64,000 nt of DNA from Octopus vulgaris (taxonomy: Eukaryota). Below, piece by piece: positions 44,021-58,189 of this stretch. The notes beneath the pieces were generated by a model that worked only from the letters and a program-made list of their open reading frames with translations, did no database searches and was not told the origin of the DNA. Position numbers and translations under genes: made by a program. How positions within the stretch are numbered: the first letter of the stretch is position 1; each line of letters starts with the position of its first letter. The stretch covers positions 65,596,001-65,660,000 of the forward strand of contig OX597815.1 of NCBI GenBank assembly GCA_951406725.2. Reading direction: 5' to 3'.

Positions 44021-44300
44021 TGGAGGCGCAATGGCCTAGTGGTTAGGGCAGCAGACTCGCGGGTGTTGTGAGTGTTTATTGACCGAAAACACCTAAAGCT
44101 CCACGAGGCTCCGGCAGGGGGTGGGGTTGGCAACCCCTGTTGTACTCTTTCGCCCCAACTTTCTCTCACTCTTTCTTCCTGTTTCTTGAGTAACGCTGTG
44201 ATGGACTGGCGTCCCGTCCAGCTGGGGGGGAACACATACGCCACAGAAACCGGGAAACCGAACCTATGAGCCTGGCTAGGCTTGAAAAGGGCGCATAAAT
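44021..44300 (+). mobile_element. tRNA(Arg)-like-head SINE with internal deletion
   Basis: ggaggcgcaatggcctagtggttagggcagcagactcgcgg head; gatggactggcgtcccgtccag 3' domain. Confidence 0.7.
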
Positions 44301-44301
44301 A

Positions 44302-44372
<71 letters not shown>

Positions 44373-44460
44373 GTTCAAATTTACAGAAAATAAAAGGCGA
44401 AGACATGGGTAGGAACAATAAGCAGGTGTATTAGTTTAATGCTCGGGAAGAATGGAAAAG

Positions 44461-44498
44461 TCGTTTACGTTTCGAGCCTACGCTCTTCGACAGAAAGG
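44461..44498 (-). ncRNA. Variant minimal hammerhead-like motif
   Basis: Reverse complement: ttt-CTGTCGA-a-gagc-gtag-gctc-GAAA-cg-TA-aa. A6 replaced by U; ACGT palindromic stem III. Confidence 0.45.
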
Positions 44499-45069
44499 AT
44501 TAAGAGGTGGGAAAAAAACAGAGAAAGAATGAAAAAAATAAAAAAAGGGAGACAAAAATATGTGTAAAGATTAACGGTCCACTTGGTTTTTGTATCTGGT
44601 TTGCAAGATTCTTTATGTGCATTGATGCGTTGAAACAAATTTTGTCATGTTCAGGGACAGTCATCATGTCAATATAAGTAACACATACACTGGTTCAATT
44701 CCACTAATTTACTAAATATCCGATTGTTTTGTGTTTGTTTGTTCGAGATTTTGTTGCATGCGTATGTGTACGTGCTCATGCGCTTGTGTATAACTATATT
44801 CATGTATATTCATGTGTGTATGCATATTCATGTTTGTATGTGTGCGTGCGTGCTTGTGTGTTTGTATATGTATGTATATATGTATGTATGTATGTATGTA
44901 TGCATGTATGTATGCATGCATGCATGCATGCATGTATGTATGTATGTATGTATGTATGTATGTATCCACACATACTGACCCATATATAATACGTACACCC
45001 AAATGTCTACATATAAATACACACACACACATACACACAAACACATACACACATGTACACACACACACG

Positions 45070-45113
<44 letters not shown>

Positions 45114-45752
45114 TGTACGCATTTATTATACACAGATAGATATATATATATTTATATCATGTAATATAATGTAATATAATATAATATGATATAATATAAT
45201 ATAATATTTCTGATTCAATGCTAAGAAGTAATACATTGGCTCAAATTTCATGTACAGTACGGTGGATTTATGTTAATTTATGTTCCCTACTCTATTTCTT
45301 CTCTACATTAACGGGCTAATTATTGTTGATAGTAACCACACCCGTTGATAACGAAAATGATACCATCTCTAATTCTTCCTTATTCTATAGACGCCGTACA
45401 CAACCTGGATATTTCATGATAGACTTTGCACCATTTCCAGGAGCAATTACCTCAAAAACCTTATCTGATGGAAGTCTGATGGGTTAGTGTCGTTCAACGA
45501 CTGCCAGACACAACCATAAGCCATACCAACAAAGTACTGTACAGTACAGCTGAAAATTCAAATACTGATAAGTGTTGAGGTGACAGACTTTGGTTGTTGT
45601 CGTTATGTAGTTCCATGTCAGCCTCTATGTGAGTTGACTTAAGATGCTTTCCAAACATAACCCTTCTATCTTCCGTATATCCAAGACAGCGTTATCTAAT
45701 GTGTTCATGTTTAAAAACAGTAAGTGTTGAGTCTGTGTGTGTGTGTGTGTGG

Positions 45753-45827
<75 letters not shown>

Positions 45828-46329
45828 AAAGTGTGTGGGCCAAGTGATTAGGGTTTTGCACCCACGATCGTAAGATTGTGATTTTGATTCCCGGATCAAG
45901 CAATGCGTTCGCTCTTGAACTTCACTTTATAGTCCTCCAATGCATTCAAATGTAAATGAATTCCAATAATAGCTTGGAAGTTAGGCCTGAGACAGACTGG
46001 TGTTCCCTTCAGCATGGGAGAGGTGTTGTGATCGCAGTCACTTATAATCTTGGAAACCGAGTTAAGCTCTGGCCTTATAGGTCCAAGGGCTCATAGCAGG
46101 TTTAAGTAAGTAGTGTGTGATTTGAGAGAATTTACTTGCTGTTTTTAGAATGTCCAGCGACCACATAAAAGCTCCTTTATTATCTTTGGTGACATTCCAC
46201 GATGTTATCTATATATCTAAAAAGTTACTAAAACGGCATTTTAAAAATAGTTTTGTCTAGAATAGTGATCCCTAAACTCAGCCAAAGCGTCCCCTTGTGA
46301 CCGTTATCGGTTCATAATGGGAAGGAAAA

Positions 46330-47022
46330 TGTTGTATTTTTTGTTAAAGCTCTTTAAACGCCGTGTGTTCATAGTTTGTTTTGTTCACGCGTGAAAGTTT
46401 GTATGTGTTCCTGTGTGAATTGTATAAACATTATTTTTGTTGATGTATAAACGAGAAACAGTAGTGTGTATATGTGTAGAAATTGGAATACAGCGAGAGA
46501 CTGAATTTTTTTTTTTTTTTTCTGTGATTCAGAAAATCGGTTAGCCGGTTTCCATAGTGTATAAGTGACCAAGATCACATCACTGCTTTTGAACCCTGAC
46601 CGGCACGCCTGATGCAAGGTTCACGCTTATTGATCGGTTAATAGACTGATCACGCGAAACCGTGGCTGGTTGATCGTGATGTCTAACTACGTATCCAGGG
46701 ATTCAGTTTTGAATCACCGCTACACAGCATCATTTCTTCATAAAGTATCATTTCTTCTAGATACATTATCACAGCAAAACACTTGCGTAAAAATGTAAGC
46801 AACTCGAGGAGCTACGATATTCGTATACAACAAAACTGAGTATGAGAATTGATCACATATGTATTCCAATTTCTACACATATACACACTACTGTTTCTCG
46901 TTTATACATCAACAAAAATAATGTTTATACAATTCACACAGGAACACATACAAACTTTCACGCGTGAACAAAACAAACTATGAACACACGGCGTTTAAAG
47001 AGCTTTAACAAAAAATACAACA
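46330..47022. repeat. Apparently perfect 163-bp inverted repeat (46330-46492 / 46860-47022), 367-bp spacer
   Basis: tgttgtattttttgttaaagc...gaaattggaataca and its exact reverse complement; no mismatch found by eye; no TSD. Confidence 0.95.
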
Positions 47023-47099
47023 CGCTTCATTTTGAACAATGGGGAAAAGCAGCTATGCACAGTAATGAAACTATCAGGAATAAAAATAGAGGTGAATTT

Positions 47100-50065
47100 C
47101 GATCTGCTAGTCTCAGTCAATCACGATAGGAAAGAAGCATTAGCATGCGTCCAGAGGTGGTGTTCTGTCAAAAAGTTAACATTGAACAGACATATCCATC
47201 TCTTAATGTCACTGCCCAAACGAATAAAACGTCACACAAAACACACTTGCGAATGTCCGACCATATATCCTGCGAGAAGGGAGAGTTTTCAAAACCGAAA
47301 TACACAAACTCATAAAAAAAACACGGAAAATAAAGCAAAGCACCAAACAACTCAAAACAATGGGCTACAATCAAAGAAAAATAGCACATGAAAAATTATA
47401 CCTCAAAAACTCACAAGACCCCCACAAAAAAGAAAGAAACACAAAAGAGGTAATCATGCATACAGAAAATAAAAGCCTAAATCAAAGTGAAATTTGTACA
47501 GTTACCTACACGAGTAATAAATACACATAGACAAGCAAATGCTGAAAACACAAAACGACAGCAATAAAAAAAAAACACACACACCATGACAGACAAACTA
47601 CAGGTGATGCTGGAAACGAGTTGACTGAAGTAATAACAAAAAACAGAAGTCGATAAATATGAGTCAGCATAAGCGCCTCCTAAAGCTACAAAACTATAAG
47701 TAGCTCTGTGAAAAGATAAATGTATACAATAAATCCCTATAAGACATAATAACCGCATTAAAAGATACCCTGGATATCAAAAGACTAAATAACCTGATCT
47801 ATTCAGCAGCGGTAGTGATATCTAGGGAAACAGGACTTGATCCATTCAAAGAAAATGAAAAAAAAAAAAAAGGGGAAAAAAAGCCAAATCTCAAACCCCA
47901 AAATGGAAAGAAAATATAATAAACAAAATAAAAAAAAATCAAAGACTTATTCCTAATTCATGAATTAGAGAAAGAGAGATCAAGCATGAAAAGAAAAAGA
48001 AGACCTATATAACAAAAAAAAAAAAAAAAGATATGACATAAATAAAGGAGTTAAAAGAAAGCGGAGTATAGCAGCAAAAGCTTGCTACATACAACGGTAT
48101 GAAAAACGCGAAAACTTCTTCCGGGAAAATACAAAATTTAAAATAAGCACAAAAACAATTTACAGAAACTTAAACAAAAAACCCTATCAATAGATAACAT
48201 GCCAAAATCATCAGAAATTCAGTCATACTGCGAAGGAATATGGAGCAAACAAGAACAACACAACAAAAATGCTCAGTGGATAAATAGAGAAAAAGAAAGG
48301 AAGAGCAAAATAGAATCACAGGTATGACCCATCACAAGCGAAGAGATCACGGGAACTACGAGGACTACCAGTAACTGGCAAACTCCAGGAATAGACAAGG
48401 TCCCCAACTTTTGGTTGAAACACTTCACCAGTACCATACTCATATAAGAACAGCAGCATTTAACTTGATAGTAAGCAAGTAAGAATCAACATCAAATTGG
48501 ATGCTGGAGGGACAAACCACTCTAATACCAAAAGACAAAAGCATCATACACCACAAAATCACAGGCCAATAACATGCCTATCACCAACTTATAAAACCCT
48601 CATATTAGTTATCTATAACCAGCTTGTAGCATACCTGGAAAATAACAATGTTTTAACAGAAGAATAAAAGGGATGTCGAAAATGGATGTATAGCGGAAAA
48701 GAGCAGCTACTGGTGAATAGGACTGTAAAAAGCGAAAAACAAACCTCAACATGACCTGGATCGACTACCAGAAAGCGTTCGACAGCATTCCACACTCATA
48801 GATCCTGGAGTATTTCCACATAAATAACTCCAACGCTAACTCCAACACTTTAAAAATATATCAGGCATACAATGGCCAACTGAAGAGTCAGCATAAAATT
48901 GAAAAATGAGCCATTATAACCAGTCCTCTACCCATAAGAAGAGAAATTTTCCATGGAGAATCGTTGTCCCTTCTCTTCTTCTGCTTTTTTTTACCCTATT
49001 AACAAACTTGTTACATGAAACCACTATGGGTTACAGATGTTATAGACAAACTATTAAGCGTCTACATATGACCGATATAAAATGTTTCATTAAAAACACC
49101 ACTAAACAGAAAGAGCTCAAAATTGGCTATGGTTTCAGCAAGACATCAGGATGAGCATGGGATTGAACAAAGTGGCATTGAGAAAAGATAACTTAATCAG
49201 CACTGAAAACACTGAACTCGACATTGACACAGAAATCAGAAAATTAGACCACAATCGCACTTACAAATGTCTAGGAAAAGACAGAAAAGCTACAATACAA
49301 CACACAGAAATGAAAAAGAAAATTAGAAGAGAATATCACAGAAGAGTTAGACTAATACTAAACGCTGAACTCAATGCAAAATATAAGATAACAGGGCTAA
49401 ACACGCTGGTTATACCAGTCATAAATTACAGCTTGAAAATGAATAACTCGAAGATTAGTGAATTAAAAAATTTAGAACGAAAAGACCAGGAAACTATTAA
49501 CAGAATATCGAAGTCACCACCCCAAAACAGACGCAAACAGAATGTCTACCACGCTCAGGGGGTCGTGACTTGACGCAGATAGAGAACTACTATAAAATAG
49601 ATACAGTTGGAGTTGAAAAATACCAAGAAACAAAAAAGTGAACGACTACTACATGTAATAAAGAACACGAAAAAGAAAACGCATTTCTCTATACACAAGG
49701 TGGCGACAAAATTGAAAACAGAAACAAACTACTATGAAACACTAAACTCAGATGACAACGTGATAAAAAATAAATGATCAAAGAGTCGAAAAACAACATG
49801 AAAACAGAACAAAGCATACTAAAGAAGAAATGGAGAGAAAAATCACTCCCCGGTCAAAACTTCACAGGGCTTGACAGAGAAGTGAGCCTAAGTGAAAGCC
49901 AACAATGGCTTAAAAGCTCTGGACTAAATGCACATATAAAGGATTGATTGTTGATGCACAAGACCATGTCTAGCTGTAAACAATTGTAAAAGCAAAATAA
50001 TAAAAGTAGGCCCTAACACCAAATGCAGAATGTGCAACTCAGTCATGACTATATATATATATATA

Positions 50066-50129
<64 letters not shown>

Positions 50130-51380
50130 CTTGCAGGCATGAAGTGGATTCGATCCACCATAGCCAAATTACAAGTAACAGTTCAACAGAACTTTTCTCA
50201 CGGTGGAACAATAGTTTTTCTGACAGTTTGACAGTTTACATTTACTCGATACCTTAGCTTGGCCGAAATAATGTCTTCACCACTTGACCCTTCTAACTCT
50301 ACTTCACCAAAAGTTAGAATTAAGATAACAAGTACCACCAACGAAATTCATTGTTCTCAATGATATGTCTATCCTTCTGGATAGTTATAAAAATAAGAAC
50401 ACCCAAGCAAAAGTTAGTTAGTAACAACTCGAATTAGTGAGAACGGAGTCTGGTTGGCCGGCTGAATAAAACGCCGTCTCTAAAGAAAAGGGCATAAAAA
50501 TGACAACTATGATAACTCACCAACGAAGCAGTTGTCTTGTCCTACACTCTCTCACTCTCACTGCCTACTTTATTTTCTCTTACAACATCACTGTATTTCT
50601 ATCTATAATTTCTAATACACAATGACGGGAACACAAACACAAACTAAATAAGGAAAACCTATGACTTCTATCTTTTCTTCGCATGCTTTACGATTTTATC
50701 ACCTGCCCGCTGAGGTAAGGTATTGTATAATGTAACGGTAAAAATAAATATTTTCTTTACAACTTTAATCACTGTTCTTTCATATTTACATAATAGCCAT
50801 CAACGAAGAACCAATCCTTACAAATTGATTACAACTCCGACGTTCCATATTATTTACAAATTAATTTCAACGGTTATAAAATTAATCTTTATCGTTACAT
50901 ATATATATACACACAGACATGACTGAGTAAGTACTTATATTCACTGGATACTATGCCAACACTGCAACATAAAAAAACTAACAAGAAATGGTATAAACAT
51001 GTGACAAACAAGGCACATAACAACGACCAGGCAACAGTCAACTGTGATACATCTGTTCAAATTGACAAAGAAATCAAAGATAATCACCCAGACATAATAA
51101 TCAAATATTGGAAGAAAAACACCTGCTTACCTATAGACGTTGCCCGAAAGGAAGTAGAAAAACTGTAAAAGTACAAAGATCTCGAAACTGAAATATTGAA
51201 GATGTGGGATATGAACGTAAAAACAATACCAGTTATAACTAGAACATTAGGTATGATAAAAAAAAAACCATGAACAAAAATGTAGAAACCAAACTTGGAT
51301 CCAAAATACAACACTCTTTCCAAAAAATAGCCCTTCTAGGAACGTGCCACATCCTAATCAAGACATTATCAATTCAATAG
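47100..51380 (+). mobile_element. Long, heavily decayed R4/Dong non-LTR retrotransposon, interrupted at about 50050-50915
   Basis: In order: NWQTPGIDKVPNFWLKH, NHRPITCLSPTYK, WIDYQKAFDSIPHS, KKIRREYHRRVRLILNAELNAK, QWLKSSGL, CRMC, RHD, HPDIII, KYKDLETEILKMW. Many stops and frameshifts; 5' boundary uncertain. Confidence 0.88.
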
Positions 51381-51729
51381 CACAACCCAAATAAATTAAT
51401 CTACAAACACAAGACACACTCTATACAGTAAATATCCAATAAAATAACCAAACCCTACATCATGTACTCTACAGAAGACCAAAGCTCACAATACACATAC
51501 AGTGCAGGTCTATCTGTTTTCTTTTCCCTTTGTCATTTACTTTTTTTGCTTTGTAAGGTTCTTACTCGTCTTCACTTCGGAATGAGGAGTGACTAGAGCC
51601 TGTAAGATCTGTCTCAGGGAGAGTGAGTGTGTCTGTGATAGTGTGAGTGTGCTTGTGTGAGTATATGCTTGAGAGAGGGGGTGAGAGGGGGTTTGTTTGA
51701 CGGATACCCTGGGTGGTTTTCTCCATTGT

Positions 51730-52571
51730 ATGGTCTCAAATTTTGTCACAAGGGCAGCAATTTTTGAGAAGATGAATCGATTACATTGACCCCAGTGTTC
51801 AACTGGTACTTATTTTATCGACTCCGAAAGGATGAAAGGTAAACTCGACTTTCGCAGAATTTGAACTCAGAACTTAGCGACGGACGAAATACCTATTTCT
51901 TTACTACCCACAAGGGGCTAAACACAGAGAGGACAAACAAGGACAGACAAACGGATTAAGACGATTATATCGACCACAGTGCGTAACTGGTACTTATTCA
52001 ATCGACCCCGAAAGGATGAAAGGCAAAGTCGACCTCGGCGGAATTTGAACTCAAAACGTAGCGGCAGACGAAATACCGCTAACCATTTCGTTCAGCGCGC
52101 TAACGATTCTGCCAGCTCGCCGCCCTAATAATAATAACAATAATAATTATGGTTTCAAATTTTGCCACAAGGACAGCTGTTTTGGGGATAAGTCGATTAC
52201 ATCGACTTCAGTGTTTCACTGGTGCTTGATTTATCGACCCCGAAAGGATGAAAGGTAAAGTCGACCTCGGCAGAATCAGAACGAGTGAAATACCATTAAT
52301 CATTTCATCTACTATAGGCACAAGGCCTGAAATTGTGGGGGAGAGGACTAGTCGATTACATTGACCCCGTTGTTTCACCGGTACTTAATTTATCGACCGA
52401 AAGGTACTTAATTTATCGACCTCGGCGGAATTTGAACTTAGAACCTAGCGACGGGGGAAATACCTATTTCTTTACTACCCACAAGGAGACAAACAAGGAC
52501 AGACAAACGGATTGAGTCGATTAAGCATTTCATCCAGTGCGCTGACGATTCTGCCAGTTCGCCGTCCTAAT

Positions 52572-52608
<37 letters not shown>

Positions 52609-53490
52609 AAGAAGAAGAAGAAGAAGAAGAAGAAGAAGAAGAAGAAGAAGAAGAAGAAGAAGAAGAAGAAGAAGAATTAACATTAGCACAAGTTTGGGAG
52701 TGGGTATACAGTCGAATTAATCGAACTCACAACTTGACTAGTTTGCCTTCAATTTATCGACCCAGAAGCAGGAAATGTAAATTGGCACCAGGCGAGATTT
52801 GAACACTACCATAGAAGAAACTTTAACGCTTTTGTCAACCTACGACACTTAAAAATGTTAAAGAAATAAAATAATTGAAGGACTAATTATTTAATAAAAT
52901 TGATTAAATAACAATAAGCATTTATAAAAATAATTTCAGCGAAAATTAATGGAAGCACACGAAAGTTTGAGAAGAAGGGGAAAAAAAGAGGAAGAAGAAA
53001 TTTGTAATAACTGAGTAGGATTGAAATATGAAGAAGCAAATACAACAATAAGAAGAATAACAACAGCAGAGATAACAATAAAATTAGCAACAAGAATAAT
53101 ACAGCAGGAACAAAGGCGACAGGAATAACAGCAATAACAATAGGAAAAATAACAAGGAAAGCAGCCACAATAACAACTAGAACAGCAATATCGGTAACAA
53201 TTACAACAGGAATAACTACAAGATAAGCAGCAATAAGAAAAATAAATAATATTAACAGTAATAATAATTGTTTCAAATTTTGCCACAAGGGAAGGAATTT
53301 TTTTGTGGTGGGGGGGGGGGGATTAGTCGGTTATATTGACCACAGTGTTCAACTGGTACGTATTTTATCGACCCAGAAAGGACGAAAAGCAAAGTCGACC
53401 TCGGTGAAATTTGAACTCAGAACGTAGCGACGGGCAAAATACTACTAAACACTTCGTCCAGTGTGATAACGATTCTGCCAGCACGCTGCC
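51730..53490 (-). mobile_element. Cluster of SINE family A copies (including dimers at 51730-52127 and 52310-52566) with (AAC)n, (GAA)n and AAT-derived low-complexity DNA
   Basis: Repeated central domain and dimer linker. Confidence 0.8.
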
Positions 53491-54058
53491 TTATTAACAA
53501 CAATAATAATAACTGGAATAATAATAATGACCATATCGGCAGCAATAACAAGAATAACAACCATAAAAGAAAAACAACGACAGTAAAAGACAACGAGAAT
53601 AACGAGAACAACGACAACGACAAGAATAATAACAGTAACAACAATACTGATAACAACAGCAACAACAACTACAACAATAAATATAAGAATAATAATAACA
53701 GTAACTATAATAACTACAATAACAAGAATGATTGCAGTAAAAACAATAATGATAACAACAACGACGAGAAGAATAATCATAGTAATAACAATAATAACGA
53801 CGAGAACGGCGACGACGGCGGCGATGACGATGACAACGAAAAGCTAAATGGATAACTGAAATGGTAGTAAGAATCTCGGAGGAACGATGAGGAATAAAAA
53901 CCGAGAAGAATTCGGAACTAGGAGGAGTTACCGAATTATTGACCAATCAACAGCCAGGATTTCGGGTAGCCGTGCACTTTATCAAGCGAAACGACTTAAT
54001 GACTTTCAATAGAAAGATTCTTTATGACGCTGTTGTTGTTGCTTTTGTCGTTGTCGTT

Positions 54059-54093
<35 letters not shown>

Positions 54094-54565
54094 TGTTGTT
54101 GTTGTTGTTGTTGTTGTTACTGTTGTTGTAGCAATATCCCCAAAGTTGACTAAGCGAAATTCTCTTTGCATTCATAATAAATTTGTGCACTTGCAGGAAC
54201 ACATTACATACATACATGCGTGTACGTGTGTGCATGTGTGTGTATGTATGTGTGCGTGTGTGTTAGTGAGCGTGTGCATGGTATACAACTTGCACTGCAC
54301 GACTCTCCCTCCATCATCTGTCGACTGGAGATTTCATCATTTTCGGCTTCTTCCGACATCAATTCTGTGTGTTTGTGTGCGTGTGCGCGCGTGCGCACAT
54401 GTGTGTGTGTGTGTGTGTGCGCACGTGCATGTGTGTGTGTTTATGCCAATATGTATGCATATATATGTGCATGCTTGTGCCTATACATGTGTATACATAT
54501 ATGCACACAAAGACACATACAGATACATGCGTGTGTATACATACAAACACACACACACATATATG

Positions 54566-54598
<33 letters not shown>

Positions 54599-54681
54599 TT
54601 ATATACATGCATATATATGATATATATATATATATTATATATACATGCATGTATGTATATATATATATATATGCACATGCA

Positions 54682-54733
<52 letters not shown>

Positions 54734-54983
54734 TGCGTAAGTACAATCAGATGTGCACATTCGCACGTGTGTTATCATGATATTGTATGCGAAGAAATAG
54801 CATCAGTCGAATAGTTTATTGCGAATAAGGTTGGTAACACATGTATGAGTAATTCGATAATTATGCAGGCATATATACGTTCTATGCATATATAATTCTA
54901 TGCATATATATATCCTATGCAAATATTTTTACATATTTTTCCTGTATGTATATCGATGTAATTTATCTGCATGCATTTGCGAT

Positions 54984-55045
<62 letters not shown>

Positions 55046-55212
55046 GTGTGTGTTTCCTTCCCTGAGCGTCTGCTAATACTTTATATGTACCACGTCCTCG
55101 AGTTGTTGCATTTTTGTGTTTGTTCTTCGTTTTTGGAGGGATTTACTATATGTGCGTGCGTGTGTGTGTGTGTATGTGTGTGTGTGTGTGTGTGTGTTTG
55201 TGTGTGTGTGTA

Positions 55213-55243
<31 letters not shown>

Positions 55244-55324
55244 TTGTGTGTGTAACAGTGTTATTAGCGAGGAGCAAAATACTTCATAAGCTCTCTGTTG
55301 GTACACCAAGCTAACAATATTCTT

Positions 55325-55510
55325 TTTTTCTATAGGCACAAGGCCTGAAATTTTTTGAGGAGGTACTCAGTCGATTAGATCGATCCCACTACGCAAGTGG
55401 TATTTAATTTATCGACTGGAAAGGATGAATGGCAAAGTCGACCTCGGCGGAATTTGAACTCAGAACGCAAAGACAGACGAAACACTGCTAAGCATTTCGC
55501 CCGCCGTGCC
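55325..55510 (-). mobile_element. SINE family A
   Basis: ggcacaaggcctgaaattt...gtcgacctcggcggaatttgaactcagaacg. Confidence 0.85.
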
Positions 55511-55634
55511 AAGATTAATAAAGAACTTCAACTATACTTGTGGTTGGGTCTGAGGTTATGGTTCATCATCATTCAATAGTGTAAATCCATGGTTGTGTTC
55601 CAGTTATACTTGTTTTTACACAAAATGATATACA

Positions 55635-55875
55635 AGACAAGGTATAAATAATGGTCATTATATAGTTTGAATTTATTAGAGTAAATTTGGCTTACAACGG
55701 TTTCCAGTAGTCATTATAGGTTCATTAGTGATAGGTCGTTCAATTTTTCTCAGCTGATCAATAGACCAATTGAGGAAACCTACCAGTAACCTATAATGAT
55801 TTTTGGAAACAGCTGTAAGCCAAATTTACTCCAATAAAGGAAAAATAGGCATTGACCATTATTTATACTTTGTCT
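55635..55875. repeat. Imperfect foldback (about 100-bp arms)
   Basis: agacaaggtataaataatggtca/tgaccattatttatactttgtct; gagtaaatttggcttaca/tgtaagccaaatttactc; tcattataggtt/aacctataatga. Confidence 0.9.
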
Positions 55876-56392
55876 GATATATATGTAAAAAGATACAAAC
55901 TGGGACAAGAACGCAAAACATTTAGAAGACGATACAAAAAACACGGACGGGACGGGACATTCGAAGCCTTCAATCTTCAGTCAAGAACCGGATCATCCTC
56001 GAAATTTCGGCTGATTAATCTTGAGATTGCTCCGATCTGGCCAGCCCCAAAGGAAAATCTAAGCCAAGCGCATTAGATTCCTTGGAAGAAAGCCTCGAAT
56101 GTATACAAAACAAGGACGGAAAACGGACGATGTTATACGAATAAGAATACAAAAATACGTAAAAACAATAATGATAATAATAATATCAAAAACAGGACGT
56201 CACAGACAGGCGTCTTTCGACAGGACGAGTAAACTTTGAGCTGGCCTGTTAGAAAAATGTCTTAGGGCAGAGAGAGAAAAAATGTATCTTGCCGCGACGA
56301 CTGCTAAGCACGAAAGGCCGGCAATCGGTCAGTCATGTGTGAGGAGAAGAGAAAGAAAATGTATATATATAGCGACGCCCGTACCCTTTTGT

Positions 56393-56434
<42 letters not shown>

Positions 56435-57042
56435 TAACATGAGAGGTTGCCTATAAGGTACTTCAGTAACACTCAGTGATGATTATTTACATATTATAAA
56501 TTACATAATCAAGATTTATTGTGTAGTCGTCAGAGACGTATCACTTTTTAATGGGCATCAATATTGAATTGTCTCCCCGAGGTTGATTCTACAAACTAGT
56601 AATGCTACGTATGATTTAACAGTATGTCTTAATTATGTAAAGTACGTTATGTAACAAGTAATCTTCTTGCGTTAATGAAATGTAAGATGGTGTAACCAAA
56701 TATCATAAAAACAATGTCTCATGTTTACTTTCTATTCAGTGAAACACGCAAAACCCGGATTACTCATAACAAGTGATACATATACAATAATGCGAACGGG
56801 GATACACAGACAATTTCTAATGACTGGTTATTTGTCACGCAGTTGAAAGTTAAAATTACACTAGATGATAATATATGTATACGTATGCATATATATATAT
56901 ATATATATATAAATATATATATGTATATGTATATATATATACATATATATGCACATATACATATATATATGTATATAGGTATGTACATATACATATATAT
57001 ATGTATATAGGTATGTACATATACACATGCACACAACCACAC

Positions 57043-57105
<63 letters not shown>

Positions 57106-57533
57106 TATACATACATACAAACATACATACATACATGTGCGTGTATATACGAATATATATGTATAAATATGCATACATACATGTATTTATATGTGTGCGT
57201 GCGTGTGTGTGTGGGGTGTATGTGTTTGTATGTGCGCGTGTGCGTACGGCCTGTAATTTAGTCACAAAACCAGCTGCTATGAGGGGATATGCTTAGTAGT
57301 TTACATTCATCTCCAGTTCTTGATTAGAACTTTATTTTATCAACAAAATAGGGATAAATGTTGAAGTTCATCTCGGCGGAGTTTGCACACTGAGCACAAA
57401 AAGTTGGAATAAATGCCGCAAAGCGCTCTTTTCCAGTGCTTTAGAAGTGCGATGTTTTTCTTGGTTAATCTGTAACGTGATCCAAACTGAAATAGTTTTA
57501 GTAATAAGCAGCTTATAATTTCAGCAATTAGAG

Positions 57534-57849
57534 TAGGGGCTCTCAACCATTTATTTCTTTTATCTATGGAGCCTTTTGATTACTCTTTTATTCTGGTGGA
57601 TCTCCATATTCATATTTATAGAAACTTCTTTCAAAATTCCAATTTTGTTATTCACACATCAACTTGTGCAGGTTGAACTATATGAGACATACATGCATCC
57701 ATACCAATACATACATCAAGAACAAAATTGTTTCAGAGGACCTTAAAATAATATTGTGAATCTCCAATTTATTATTTTGTTATATGGACCCCACCAAAAA
57801 TCTTATATGGCCCCTGTGGGGCCATATGGATCCCGGTTGAGAACCACTG
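57534..57849. mobile_element. hAT/Charlie-type MITE
   Basis: TIRs taggggctctcaacc / ggttgagaaccactg; degenerate 8-bp TSD aattagag / aattccag. Confidence 0.75.
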
Positions 57850-58085
57850 AATTCCAGTTTAAAACAGCACTTTCTATTTCTTTGACATCCGGCTAATAAT
57901 TGATGTTTTTATTTCTGATGGCTAAAATTATTATTGGTTCTAATTGTTTGAAATTATTAATTACTACACTATTATTATTGCTGATATCATTCATTAATTG
58001 AATAATTTAATTGATCTCAATCTTCCAACCCACCTACAAACATTCACTATTTATCTGCATCTAGCGTTCTATTTAGCTTCATATA

Positions 58086-58126
<41 letters not shown>

Positions 58127-58155
58127 AAGAGGAATATATAGAAAAGAGGAATATG

Positions 58156-58189
<34 letters not shown>

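Noticed and set aside
44021-44065. tRNA gene (also 59808-59880)
   Set aside because: No complete cloverleaf; continues into SINE body sequence.
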